20,709 bases of DNA, from NCBI GenBank assembly GCA_031367385.1, contig JANLPS010000342.1, positions 1 to 20,709 on the forward strand, given 5' to 3'. This DNA is from Archangium sp. (GTDB taxonomy: Bacteria > Myxococcota > Myxococcia > Myxococcales > Myxococcaceae). A model generated the notes under the pieces. That model was given only the letters and a program-made list of their open reading frames with translations, was not told the DNA's origin and made no database searches. Made by a program: the position numbers and the translations under genes. Numbering within the stretch: the first letter of the stretch is position 1; every line of letters begins with the position of its first letter. This document shows positions 8,230-16,102 of the stretch, piece by piece.

Positions 8230-9614
8230 ACCAGGTTGAGCTCGTCTGCGACCACCTCGGCCCCCGAAGAAACGACACCCGTTGGCAGATTGTATGCGCG
8301 AACGCGTGGGTCCGTCATTTCGAACAAGCGCTCCGCGAGCACTCTGGGCTCGACGCCTTCAAGCTCTCGAGCGTGAAACAACTCAAGCGTCTGGTGAAAG
8401 CTCGGTTTGTCGAACGGCACGATGATGCCGTCTGATGGGGCGACCAGCCGCTTGAGAATGAACACCGATGTGAGCGGCAGGGCTCCCGAGAGCGCGTAGC
8501 TCGCGAGCAGCGGGCCGTGCGAATTCGCCACGTCTTCAGCGTCCCATGAGGGGGGCGGCGACGCGTGTTGCACTGACATCAGCTCGACATACCGTGGAGC
8601 CGCGTTCGCCAAGAATTCAGACTGCCGTGGGTTGACCAGGGTGTCCCAATCTTCGTGAATGAGAAAGGTCGGGGAGGTGAGCCTCGACGCCACATCAGCA
8701 CCGGTAAACCCCGAGAAATCGCGAGGCGCGCCGCCGCTGTGCACCATGCGGCGCAGATACGGTTCGAAGAAGCGTCGCGACGCCTCGCGTGCGTCGATCG
8801 TAGTGTATCGGCTGGGCAACTCGATGGTGATGAACGCATACTCATCGGCAAAATCAGACAGCGCGGCGGTTGCAACGATGGCAGCCGGCTTCACACCCAA
8901 CGGCGCGTAAGCACCTCCATAGAGCGCCTCGAAGCCGCCCCATGATCCACCCATGACACCGATGTGTTCGCGATCGACACTTGCGCTCGTCGCCAAGAAT
9001 TTCATCGCCGCCACCATGTCGTCTCGGTCGTTTTCGATGTCGCCTCCGGCGTAGAAGCGGCCGTAGGCGAAAAGCACACCGAAATTGTGAACGTGCCAAA
9101 CCCACGCCTCGGCCACGGCTTGGTCGAGGGTATACGCCCCGTACCGAATGAGTGGCGGTGCCGACCCCGCATTCGGGCCATCAACGTCGGGCCATGCGCC
9201 GTCACCTTGCGCCGCCCATCGGCGATCGACCTCTTCGCCCGTAAAATTGATGCCTGCGTAGGGCATCGTGAGCATCACAGCGGGGCGGGTGCCACCGTCG
9301 GTCGCGGGAGGAAACCAATGCGCATAGGTTGGCGCGTGACCCGGCCAGACCAGACGGAGCGCCCGCCATTGCACGGGCTCTTTGTTGTACTCAATGACTC
9401 CTTGGTCGAGCACGGTCACTTCGAGCGCGCCCGCGTCTGACGCAGCGCCCGCGTCGGCACTGAGCTTCACACCGGCATCGGCCCTGACGCCACCCGCGTC
9501 GACGCTCGCCTTCGGCCCTGCGTCGCGGCCCGTCTGAGAATTGGCGGTCGACAATGGCGCAGAACCACAGGCCGCCAAGACGATGAGGCCACAGAAGCGA
9601 GCTCGACTTTTCAT
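8169..9614 (-). CDS. Alpha/beta-hydrolase lipoprotein (S9 peptidase/esterase-like)
   Basis: Lipobox LIVLAAC, nucleophile elbow VDREHIGVMGGSWGG, candidate Asp in HEDWDTLV, candidate His in NSHG. Start is ATG 9614 or GTG 9629. Confidence 0.87.
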   Translation of the reverse strand: MKSRARFCGLIVLAACGSAPLSTANSQTGRDAGPKASVDAGGVRADAGVKLSADAGAASDAGALEVTVLDQGVIEYNKEPVQWRALRLVWPGHAPTYAHWFPPATDGGTRPAVMLTMPYAGINFTGEEVDRRWAAQGDGAWPDVDGPNAGSAPPLIRYGAYTLDQAVAEAWVWHVHNFGVLFAYGRFYAGGDIENDRDDMVAAMKFLATSASVDREHIGVMGGSWGGFEALYGGAYAPLGVKPAAIVATAALSDFADEYAFITIELPSRYTTIDAREASRRFFEPYLRRMVHSGGAPRDFSGFTGADVASRLTSPTFLIHEDWDTLVNPRQSEFLANAAPRYVELMSVQHASPPPSWDAEDVANSHGPLLASYALSGALPLTSVFILKRLVAPSDGIIVPFDKPSFHQTLELFHARELEGVEPRVLAERLFEMTDPRVRAYNLPTGVVSSGAEVVADELNLVWGTSYTAQTVRAALDGGFP

Positions 9615-9633
9615 TCGTGCAGACGCCACCCCG

Positions 9634-10048
9634 CTACCGAGTCGCGATTTTCGCCGTCATGGCTTCGATGTTTTGACGAACTTTCAACCGCTCGAGCACG
9701 TCGGCCGCCATCTTCTTATTCGCATCCATGCTGACTGTGAAGGGGAGCCAGGCTTCACCAGCGGCTTTTGTTCTTCGTCGGCAAGCCTCTCGTTTTCGAT
9801 GCTCGCACGCCCAGCGCGGGTCGGCAGAGCCGGCAGCTCACCTGCGGCAACGAACTTGGTGGCGTCAACCGGTGGCAGCTCTTTGGCGAGCTGTTCGAGC
9901 GTCAAACGCGTGGCGCCGCCGTCGCTGACCTCCACACTGAAAGCGACGCTGGCACGGCACAAGTCGATGCCAGAACGACACGTTCGCCATCGAGCACCCT
10001 TTGGAGTGCAGCTCGAAATGACTTGTTCTGGCCTTGGGGCTCTCTCAC
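9634..10048 (-). pseudogene. Possible frameshifted gene (~138 aa if two single-base losses are repaired)
   Basis: Three consecutive protein-like segments in three frames: SFRAALQRVLDGERVVL / GIDLCRASVAFSVEVSDGG...EEQKPLVK / AWLPFTVSMDANKKMAADVLERLKVRQNIEAMTAKIATR*. The stop lies 4 nt before the hydrolase's GTG 9629. Confidence 0.35.
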
Positions 10049-10159
10049 GGTTTGTTAAATACAAGCCTACCGCGTCAACGGGAAGCACTGGAGTTCTCCA
10101 TCGCTGTGCGAGTTGGGTCACATTCGCACTGCGAGGCCGAGCCGTGTAGAAGCCGGACC

Positions 10160-11581
10160 GTGGACTTCGAAGACTCAAGACCGCTCGGCACGCACCCCAT
10201 ACTCTGGCGCTTGCTGTTGGCGGTGAGCCTGGGCGGGCTAGCGCCCTGTGTGGCCTGCAGCGACCCGAAGGTGCTGCATGGCATCGAGGCTGAGCCCCAG
10301 GCGGGCGTGAACATTGACGCCGGTACTCCCAGTGGCGACGCGGGTGTTTCGAACGATGACGCAGGGCGCAAATACGATGCTGGCGAAGGGCCGGCCAACG
10401 ATGCAGGCAGCACCTGCGTGGTGCTCGACGCCGATGCGGGGAGCTTCTCGGCCGGCTACCGGCCTCTTGCGAGCGCCTCTCGGGTTCAAGACAAGGCCTT
10501 CTACCTGCTGACGCTCTTCGATTCTTCACCTCGACTCAAAGCGGCCTTCGCTGCTGACGCCACGCTCCAGGCCATCTCGAAGAAACACGATGCCGCCCTG
10601 CGAGCTGGTGTGGCCAATTGTGGTACCGACCTCGCCTGCCTCACCAACGCGGTGGTCTTGAGTGAAGACGAGACGACAGCCATCGCGGTGGGGTTACCCC
10701 GCGCATTGGCTGGGTGTGAGTTGGCGACCCTGGCCGCGAACCACATGAGGCCTTCGGGTGCGTTCATTTTGCACGCCACTGGCACAGATGACGGTCTGAT
10801 TTACCGCGCCTGGCTCGATACCGCGGTGGCGCTGCGTCACGCCTACGACGGGTACGCAGCGCCGCTCGACGGAGCGACACTGCACACGATTCTCGCCCAG
10901 GTGGTCGAAAGGCACCCCGAGCCGCTGGCGTTTTACGAACCCCTGTTGCACGTCGTGTTGGGCGGGTTAACGGCGCAAGGGCGAGATGAAGCGGCGCGCT
11001 ATGAGCCGTTGGCACTCGGGCACAACGCAGCGGCCCTCGCGCGCGTCTCGGGCATCGTCTGGGCTCAATATCAATACGCTGTGATTCTGGTGCCAGGCCA
11101 GGGCCCCGAGAATGCCGACCCGCTCAACCCAATTGGGCGAGAGCGATGCAACCTCGCCGCGTCGCGTTTTTTCGACAGGCTCGCGCCATTTATTTTTCTG
11201 TCGGGTGGTCACGTGCACCCAGACCGAACGCCCTATTCTGAAGCCCTCGAAATGAAGAAATACCTGATGGCCGAAAAAGGCGTACCCGAGTCGGCGATTC
11301 TCATCGACCCTCACGCTCGGCACACCACGACGAATCTGCGCAACGTCTCGCGTCACTTGCTTCGGGCCGGGGTGCCCGAAAGTCAACCGGTGCTGGTGAC
11401 CAGCGACCCCATTCAAAGCGCCTACTTCGCCAACCACAACCTGGCACTCGACCGTCGTTGCAACGAAGAGCTGGGGTACCTGCCCTACCTGAATCTCAAA
11501 CGCGTCACGGCGAACGACACCTCGTTTTCGGTGACACCGCTCTCATTGCAGCTCGACGGGCGCGACCCGCTCGACCCCTAA
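10160..11581 (+). CDS. YdcF/DUF218 family protein, probable lipoprotein with N-terminal extension
   Basis: DUF218 signatures VILVPGQG, FIFLSGGHVHP, SEALEMKKYL, GVPESAILIDPHARHTTTNLRN, LVTSD. Signal-like LLLAVSLGGLAPCVAC. The start is probably GTG 10160. Confidence 0.88.
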   Translation: MDFEDSRPLGTHPILWRLLLAVSLGGLAPCVACSDPKVLHGIEAEPQAGVNIDAGTPSGDAGVSNDDAGRKYDAGEGPANDAGSTCVVLDADAGSFSAGYRPLASASRVQDKAFYLLTLFDSSPRLKAAFAADATLQAISKKHDAALRAGVANCGTDLACLTNAVVLSEDETTAIAVGLPRALAGCELATLAANHMRPSGAFILHATGTDDGLIYRAWLDTAVALRHAYDGYAAPLDGATLHTILAQVVERHPEPLAFYEPLLHVVLGGLTAQGRDEAARYEPLALGHNAAALARVSGIVWAQYQYAVILVPGQGPENADPLNPIGRERCNLAASRFFDRLAPFIFLSGGHVHPDRTPYSEALEMKKYLMAEKGVPESAILIDPHARHTTTNLRNVSRHLLRAGVPESQPVLVTSDPIQSAYFANHNLALDRRCNEELGYLPYLNLKRVTANDTSFSVTPLSLQLDGRDPLDP

Positions 11582-11623
11582 AAACCTGGTTCGTCGAGGC
11601 TGTGACCGATCAACTGGTGCGAC

Positions 11624-11695
11624 CCCTGTGGTTACATGAAGGGTTACAAGAACGTCACTTCCGAAGTGACAAACAGGGAACTTTCAAAGTGACAT
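11624..11695. promoter_or_regulatory. Repeat- and palindrome-dense candidate regulatory region upstream of proB
   Basis: Direct repeat GGTTACA(T/A)GAA at 11630-11640 and 11642-11652. Palindrome GTCACTTC-C-GAAGTGAC at 11654-11670. Flanking inverted pair CCCTGT/ACAGGG. A second AAGTGACA at ~11687. Confidence 0.45.
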
Positions 11696-11735
11696 CGCGC
11701 AGCCGTGAAACTTTCGTTCATGGCAAGGTGCGCCG

Positions 11736-12872
11736 GTGACACCACGACGAAAATCGGGCCGTGACGCGATCGCCGCCGCTCAGCGCGTGGTGGTCAAAAT
11801 CGGCACCAACGCCCTCACCAACGCCACCGGCAAATTTCACCGCGCGCACTTCGAGCGCCTCGCCCAGGAGCTCCTCTGGGTGGCGAAGAGCCGAGAGCTG
11901 ATCATCGTCTCGTCTGGCGCCATTGCCCTTGGCGTCGAGCGCCTGGGCTTGAGCGCGAAACCCAAAGACATACCCGGCAAGCAGGCGTGCGCGGCGGTCG
12001 GCCAGAGCCGGCTCATGCGCGCGTGGGAAGAGGCGCTCGACCCGCGTGTCGTCGCGCAGGTGTTGCTGACCCATTCTGACGTTCAAGACCGGCGCAGGTA
12101 CCTCAACGCGCGGCACACGCTCGAGCGGTTGATCAGCGAGAGGGTGATACCCGTCATCAATGAGAACGACACGGTATCAGTCGACGAGATCAAGTTCGGC
12201 GACAACGACACGCTGGCGGGCCTGGTGGCGGGCTTGGTCAGCGCCGATGCGCTGGTGGTGCTCTCTGACGTCGAGGGCCTGTACGACGCTGACCCCCGGC
12301 AACACGCCGACGCACGATTGATCAACACGGTCACCGAGGTCACCAAGGCCATGCTCGCGTCTGCGGGTGGCTCAGGCAGCGCCGTCGGCACCGGAGGCAT
12401 GGCGACCAAGCTGCGCGCCGCCGCCAAGGTCTCAGAGCTCGGCATTCGCTGCGTGATCGCCGCGGGTCAACAGGCCGGTACCTTGACCCGGGTCTTCGCA
12501 GGCGATGAGGTCGGCACGCTGTTCGAGCCGCTGGGAGATCGCCGTGATGCCCGCGCCGCGTGGATCGCCCATGCCCTCAAGCCACGTGGCGCATTGCGCG
12601 TCGATGCTGGTGCACGCATCGCGGTGCTCGAGCGAAAAAAGAGCCTGCTGCCCTCTGGCATCACCGGGGTCGAGGGCAATTTCGCGCATGGCGACCCGGT
12701 CGACCTGATCGCTCCCGATGGAGCGACTTTCGCGCGCGGCCTGGTCGCCTACCCGGCAGACGAGCTGCGAAAAATCGCCGGCATGAAGACGTCGCAGATC
12801 GAGGCCACCCTCGGGTATCGCGGTCTCGACGAAGCCGTGCATCGCGATGATCTGGTCGTGCTGACGGGCTGA
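11736..12872 (+). CDS. proB: Glutamate 5-kinase with C-terminal PUA domain
   Basis: RVVVKIGT, VSSGAIALG, KQACAAVGQ, PVINENDTV, FGDNDTLA, GTGGMATK, SLLPSGI, VHRDDLV. Confidence 0.97.
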   Translation: MTPRRKSGRDAIAAAQRVVVKIGTNALTNATGKFHRAHFERLAQELLWVAKSRELIIVSSGAIALGVERLGLSAKPKDIPGKQACAAVGQSRLMRAWEEALDPRVVAQVLLTHSDVQDRRRYLNARHTLERLISERVIPVINENDTVSVDEIKFGDNDTLAGLVAGLVSADALVVLSDVEGLYDADPRQHADARLINTVTEVTKAMLASAGGSGSAVGTGGMATKLRAAAKVSELGIRCVIAAGQQAGTLTRVFAGDEVGTLFEPLGDRRDARAAWIAHALKPRGALRVDAGARIAVLERKKSLLPSGITGVEGNFAHGDPVDLIAPDGATFARGLVAYPADELRKIAGMKTSQIEATLGYRGLDEAVHRDDLVVLTG

Positions 12873-13015
12873 GCTTTGGGCGACAAACACTTCGCTCGAA
12901 TTTTCGCAAGTTGATCACCGAGGGCCGGTGAAATCGACCGCGTCAAGCGGGGGCCCGCCTTGTTTCGCTCGTCGCCGTAGGGTCCGATGAGTCAATCAAC
13001 GCGCGAAAGGAAACG

Positions 13016-13375
13016 ATGCGCTCGGTCGTTCCAGTGGCTCAAACGATGGCGGAGGCGAGCACCAGCCTGCTCGGAAAAGCACTCGACCCACACTCGTGGG
13101 GGCTGCCGCTCCGGCGGGTCACCATCGACAACGTGTGTCAGGTGGGGTCGGTGCAGGTGTGTGCGACGGTCGACGTGATGCCCACACTCGAAACGAATTT
13201 GCGCATCTCGTTTCGGGGGCCGCACCTCTCACCCATGGAGGCCGCGGAGCTGCTCGAGCAATTCACCGCCGGGCGTTTCCCCTTCATTCCCAACGCGGAG
13301 TGGTTCGTCGAAATCGACGCCCGCAGGTGGATTCACTTTTCGCGTCGCTACACCGACCGCACGCTTCAGGCCTGA
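13016..13375 (+). CDS. Small hypothetical protein (119 aa)
   Basis: AAAGGA Shine-Dalgarno-like sequence just before the ATG, globular composition, and it fills the gap between proB and recX. Confidence 0.65.
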   Translation: MRSVVPVAQTMAEASTSLLGKALDPHSWGLPLRRVTIDNVCQVGSVQVCATVDVMPTLETNLRISFRGPHLSPMEAAELLEQFTAGRFPFIPNAEWFVEIDARRWIHFSRRYTDRTLQA

Positions 13376-13959
13376 CCCTCATCGTCAGCCGACCCGTCGA
13401 CGATTCGCTTCGCGACGTCGTAGCTGAAGCCCGCGCGCGCCATCGCCGCCAAGTCTTTCTGTCGAAATTCTTTTCTGGTCGCCGGGTCAGCCACTCGCCG
13501 AAATGGCCCGAGTTTTTTCTTGCGGGCGTGCATTCGCGCAGCGTCGTTGTCGGGGATCTCTGCCTTCACTCGAGCGATGTGGGTGTTCGCGAGCGCCGTG
13601 GGCACTCCTTTTTGACGCAGCTTCAGCGCGATGACCCGGGTGCTCCGACCAGCGGCCCTCAACGAGTCGGCCTTGTGCAGCGTGAACGACTGATCATTCA
13701 GCAGCCCATTTCGCTCGAGCTTCTGCAGCACCTCTTCGACCGCCGGCAGATGCTCTGAGCGCGTGCCGCCGTGTTCGCGCACCGACCGGTCGATCTTGCG
13801 AATCAACGCCTGGCGCAGCCCGGCGATGGTCGACGAATACCGCTGCAGGTAATACACGGCCGCGTTCTCGAGGTACTTCGGCGTGATTTTTCGAGGGCGC
13901 TTGCGGCCGCGGCCACCGCCACCACGTCGAGGCGAGTCGTCGCCGTCGTCATCGCTCAC
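13366..13959 (-). CDS. recX: RecX family regulatory protein
   Basis: YLENAAVYYLQRYSST, GLLNDQSF, GRSTRVIALKLRQKGV, KKKLGPFR, LAAMARAGFSYDVAKRIV. Confidence 0.9.
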   Translation of the reverse strand: MSDDDGDDSPRRGGGGRGRKRPRKITPKYLENAAVYYLQRYSSTIAGLRQALIRKIDRSVREHGGTRSEHLPAVEEVLQKLERNGLLNDQSFTLHKADSLRAAGRSTRVIALKLRQKGVPTALANTHIARVKAEIPDNDAARMHARKKKLGPFRRVADPATRKEFRQKDLAAMARAGFSYDVAKRIVDGSADDEGQA

Positions 13960-13973
13960 TGAAAGTGCACCGT
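13953..13973. repeat. 21-bp exact direct repeat, copy 1 (CGCTCACTGAAAGTGCACCGT)
   Basis: Identical to 14183-14203. On the minus strand it encodes TVHFQ-stop with an overlapping GTG start. Confidence 0.95.
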
Positions 13974-14189
13974 CAGCTGATGCTGGGCGAAGACCGCTTG
14001 CGCTGAGTGCTGCGCAAGCTCGAGAGTATCAGCGGAGCGCTTGAACTGATGCCGGGTGAGTTCGTCGCTGGTGCCGCTCGACCACCGCCGCTGTACGACC
14101 CATCGACTCGCGATCGTCACCGAGCGCGGAGTCAGCGTGCTCGTCAAGGGGCACGCTCGGTGAACTGTGAAGAGGGTGTTGGCGCTCAC
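13956..14189 (-). CDS. Orphan 77-aa paralogue of the upstream kinase's C-terminal domain (expressed mini-gene or remnant)
   Basis: Aligns to the kinase C-terminus (SVT, RWS.GTS.EL, FK.S, TVHFQ). GTGA overlaps couple it to both neighbours. Confidence 0.6.
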   Translation of the reverse strand: MSANTLFTVHRACPLTSTLTPRSVTIASRWVVQRRWSSGTSDELTRHQFKRSADTLELAQHSAQAVFAQHQLTVHFQ

Positions 14190-14203
14190 TGAAAGTGCAC
14201 CGT
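14183..14203. repeat. 21-bp exact direct repeat, copy 2
   Basis: Identical to 13953-13973, 230 bp apart. Confidence 0.95.
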
Positions 14204-16102
14204 TGCCTCACCCTCGGCGCATACGACGTGCGCGGTGCGGTGCGCGACCTCGGGTGAGCCAGGCGAGGCTTTGAAGTGATTGCCGGCGAGCTCAACACTG
14301 GTGCCGGGTGACCACCGGGCTGCCGGTACGTGCGCGACTCGATGATTCGCAACCGTCACCGAGCATGCGGTCAGCGCGTAGGCCTCGCGGCTGGTGAAGA
14401 TGAATTGCGCGTTCGGGGGCGGTGACATTCGGCCGACGATCTTCAGCGCCGGCGGCGACCCTTCTCCAGCGGCGGTTGTGCCTCCTTGCGGCGACGCTCC
14501 TCCTCCCTGCGAACCTTCTCCAGCCGCCGTCGTGCCTCCGTGCGACGACGCCCCTCCCGAAGGCTGCGTCCCTCCCTGCGACCCTTCCCCCGCTGCGGCC
14601 GAGCCTCCTTGCGGCGACGCTCCGCTCGGCACGCCCTGCGCCGACCCTTCTGCGCCCGGCCGCGCCCTGCCCCCCGCTCGCCCCGGTCTCACCACCGCGA
14701 AGAGCGGCCGCTGCTTCACGTCACCCAGATGCACGCGGGCCATGTCTTCGAACACCTCGAGCACGGTGGCTTGGCCGAGCACCGCCCGCGTCGCCTCGCC
14801 ATCATCAGGCCCCACCAGCGCGACCGATTCACCCACCTCGAGCCCGCTGTCGGTGCCCGCGCGAATGAAGGTCTTCTCGCCGTCCTCGAACACCTCGACC
14901 GAGTGCCGGGCGGCGACGCGCTTGCTCACCGCACCTCCCACCGCGCGAGAGGGCCGCGCCACGGCCAGAAAGATCAGCGCGCCCACCAACACCGCGAGCC
15001 CCAACCCCATCGCGACGATCATCGGCAGCTTCGAGCCCGCACCGGCCAGCTTCGCGAGCTCGGCGGTCGACTCCGGCGGAGCCACCGGCCGGTCAATCGA
15101 CGGCGTGCGAATGAACGTGCCTGCGTCATCGGCCACGGTCTCTTTGGTCGACGAGACCCGGGTCAGCAGCGCCTGATTGGCCTGAAAATCAGCCGGGCAA
15201 TTCGCGCGAACCCATTCACCGACCTGCCGCTTGGTGGGCAAGCCGCCGAGGTTGAGCAGCTCCTGGGTCAGGGCGGCGGCGAGATCGTCGGTGGTCTCGT
15301 ACCGGGCCTCACGCATCGGCGCCAAGGCCTTGAGCACCACCGCCTCGAGCGAGGCCGGCACCTCGGGCCGCAGCGGGCTCAGCGGCCGAATCGCGGGGTT
15401 CGCCATCGCCACCACCATCTCGGTCATCGTGCCGCGCGGCACGAACGAAGCGCTGGTGAGCAGCTCCCACAGGAGCACGCCGCACGCGTACTGATCAGCG
15501 CGCGCATCGACCGGCTCACCGCGCGCCTGCTCAGGCGCCATGTACCCAAGCTTGCCCATCACGCTGGCGTTGGCGGTCGCGTGGCTGCGGCCCTCTGATT
15601 TGGCGATGCCGAAGTCGATGACCTTCACCTCGCCTTCGAACGAGATCATCACGTTCTGCGGCGACACATCTCGGTGAACGATCGCCAACGGTGACCCATC
15701 ATTGGCCGCCTTGCGATGCGCGAACCCGAGCCCCTCGGCGACCTGCTGAATCAAATACACCGCCACCGGCAACGGAAAGGTCTGCTGCTGATTTCTCAAG
15801 TGCTGCGAGAGGTTCGAGAGGTCGACCCCCGGCACGTACTCGAGCGCGAGATACAGCGTGTCGCCCTCGCGGCCCATGTCGAAGACCTGCGCGATGTTGG
15901 AGTGCTGCAGCTGGGTGAGCACCCGGCCCTCGTGCAAGAACCGCGAGACGAACTGCTGATCTTTGGCGATCGCCGGGAGCACCGTCTTGATGATGCACAG
16001 CTTCTGAAAACCGCCCTCGCCGCTCAGCCGGCCGAGCCAGACCGCGCCCATGCCGCCTTCGCCGAGCTTCTCGAGCAGCTCGTAGCGACCCATCTTGCTC
16101 AT
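14186..16102 (-). CDS. Transmembrane Hanks-type Ser/Thr protein kinase (638 aa)
   Basis: ATG 16102 overlaps the permease stop (ATGA). Motifs GEGGMGAVW, IIK, HRDVSPQNVM, DFGIAK, GKLGYMAPEQ. TM LPMIVAMGLGLAVLVGALIFLAVA, followed by a small beta domain, a repeat linker and a terminal domain. Confidence 0.95.
   Translation of the reverse strand: MSKMGRYELLEKLGEGGMGAVWLGRLSGEGGFQKLCIIKTVLPAIAKDQQFVSRFLHEGRVLTQLQHSNIAQVFDMGREGDTLYLALEYVPGVDLSNLSQHLRNQQQTFPLPVAVYLIQQVAEGLGFAHRKAANDGSPLAIVHRDVSPQNVMISFEGEVKVIDFGIAKSEGRSHATANASVMGKLGYMAPEQARGEPVDARADQYACGVLLWELLTSASFVPRGTMTEMVVAMANPAIRPLSPLRPEVPASLEAVVLKALAPMREARYETTDDLAAALTQELLNLGGLPTKRQVGEWVRANCPADFQANQALLTRVSSTKETVADDAGTFIRTPSIDRPVAPPESTAELAKLAGAGSKLPMIVAMGLGLAVLVGALIFLAVARPSRAVGGAVSKRVAARHSVEVFEDGEKTFIRAGTDSGLEVGESVALVGPDDGEATRAVLGQATVLEVFEDMARVHLGDVKQRPLFAVVRPGRAGGRARPGAEGSAQGVPSGASPQGGSAAAGEGSQGGTQPSGGASSHGGTTAAGEGSQGGGASPQGGTTAAGEGSPPALKIVGRMSPPPNAQFIFTSREAYALTACSVTVANHRVAHVPAARWSPGTSVELAGNHFKASPGSPEVAHRTAHVVCAEGEATVHFQ
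14456..14656 (-). repeat. In-frame tandem repeat encoding GASPQGG(T/S)xAAGEGSQGG units
   Basis: Recurring CCTTC anchor at 14460, 14514, 14583 and 14646 (spacings 54, 69, 63 nt). Confidence 0.85.

Noticed and set aside
10049..10079. Sigma70-like promoter (TTGACG on the minus strand) or dif-like TGTTAAAT in an AT-rich patch
   Set aside because: No -10 element at proper spacing, and no XerC arm for a dif site.
12944..12966. Possible intrinsic terminator after proB
   Set aside because: Short bulged stem and a weak U-tract give insufficient support.
13953..14203. CRISPR mini-array or att sites from the 21-bp repeat
   Set aside because: Only two copies, the 209-bp interval is homologous coding sequence, and there is no cas or integrase gene.
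13953..14420. Diversity-generating retroelement TR/VR pair
   Set aside because: Mismatches involve all four bases rather than adenines only, there are indels, and no reverse transcriptase is in the window.
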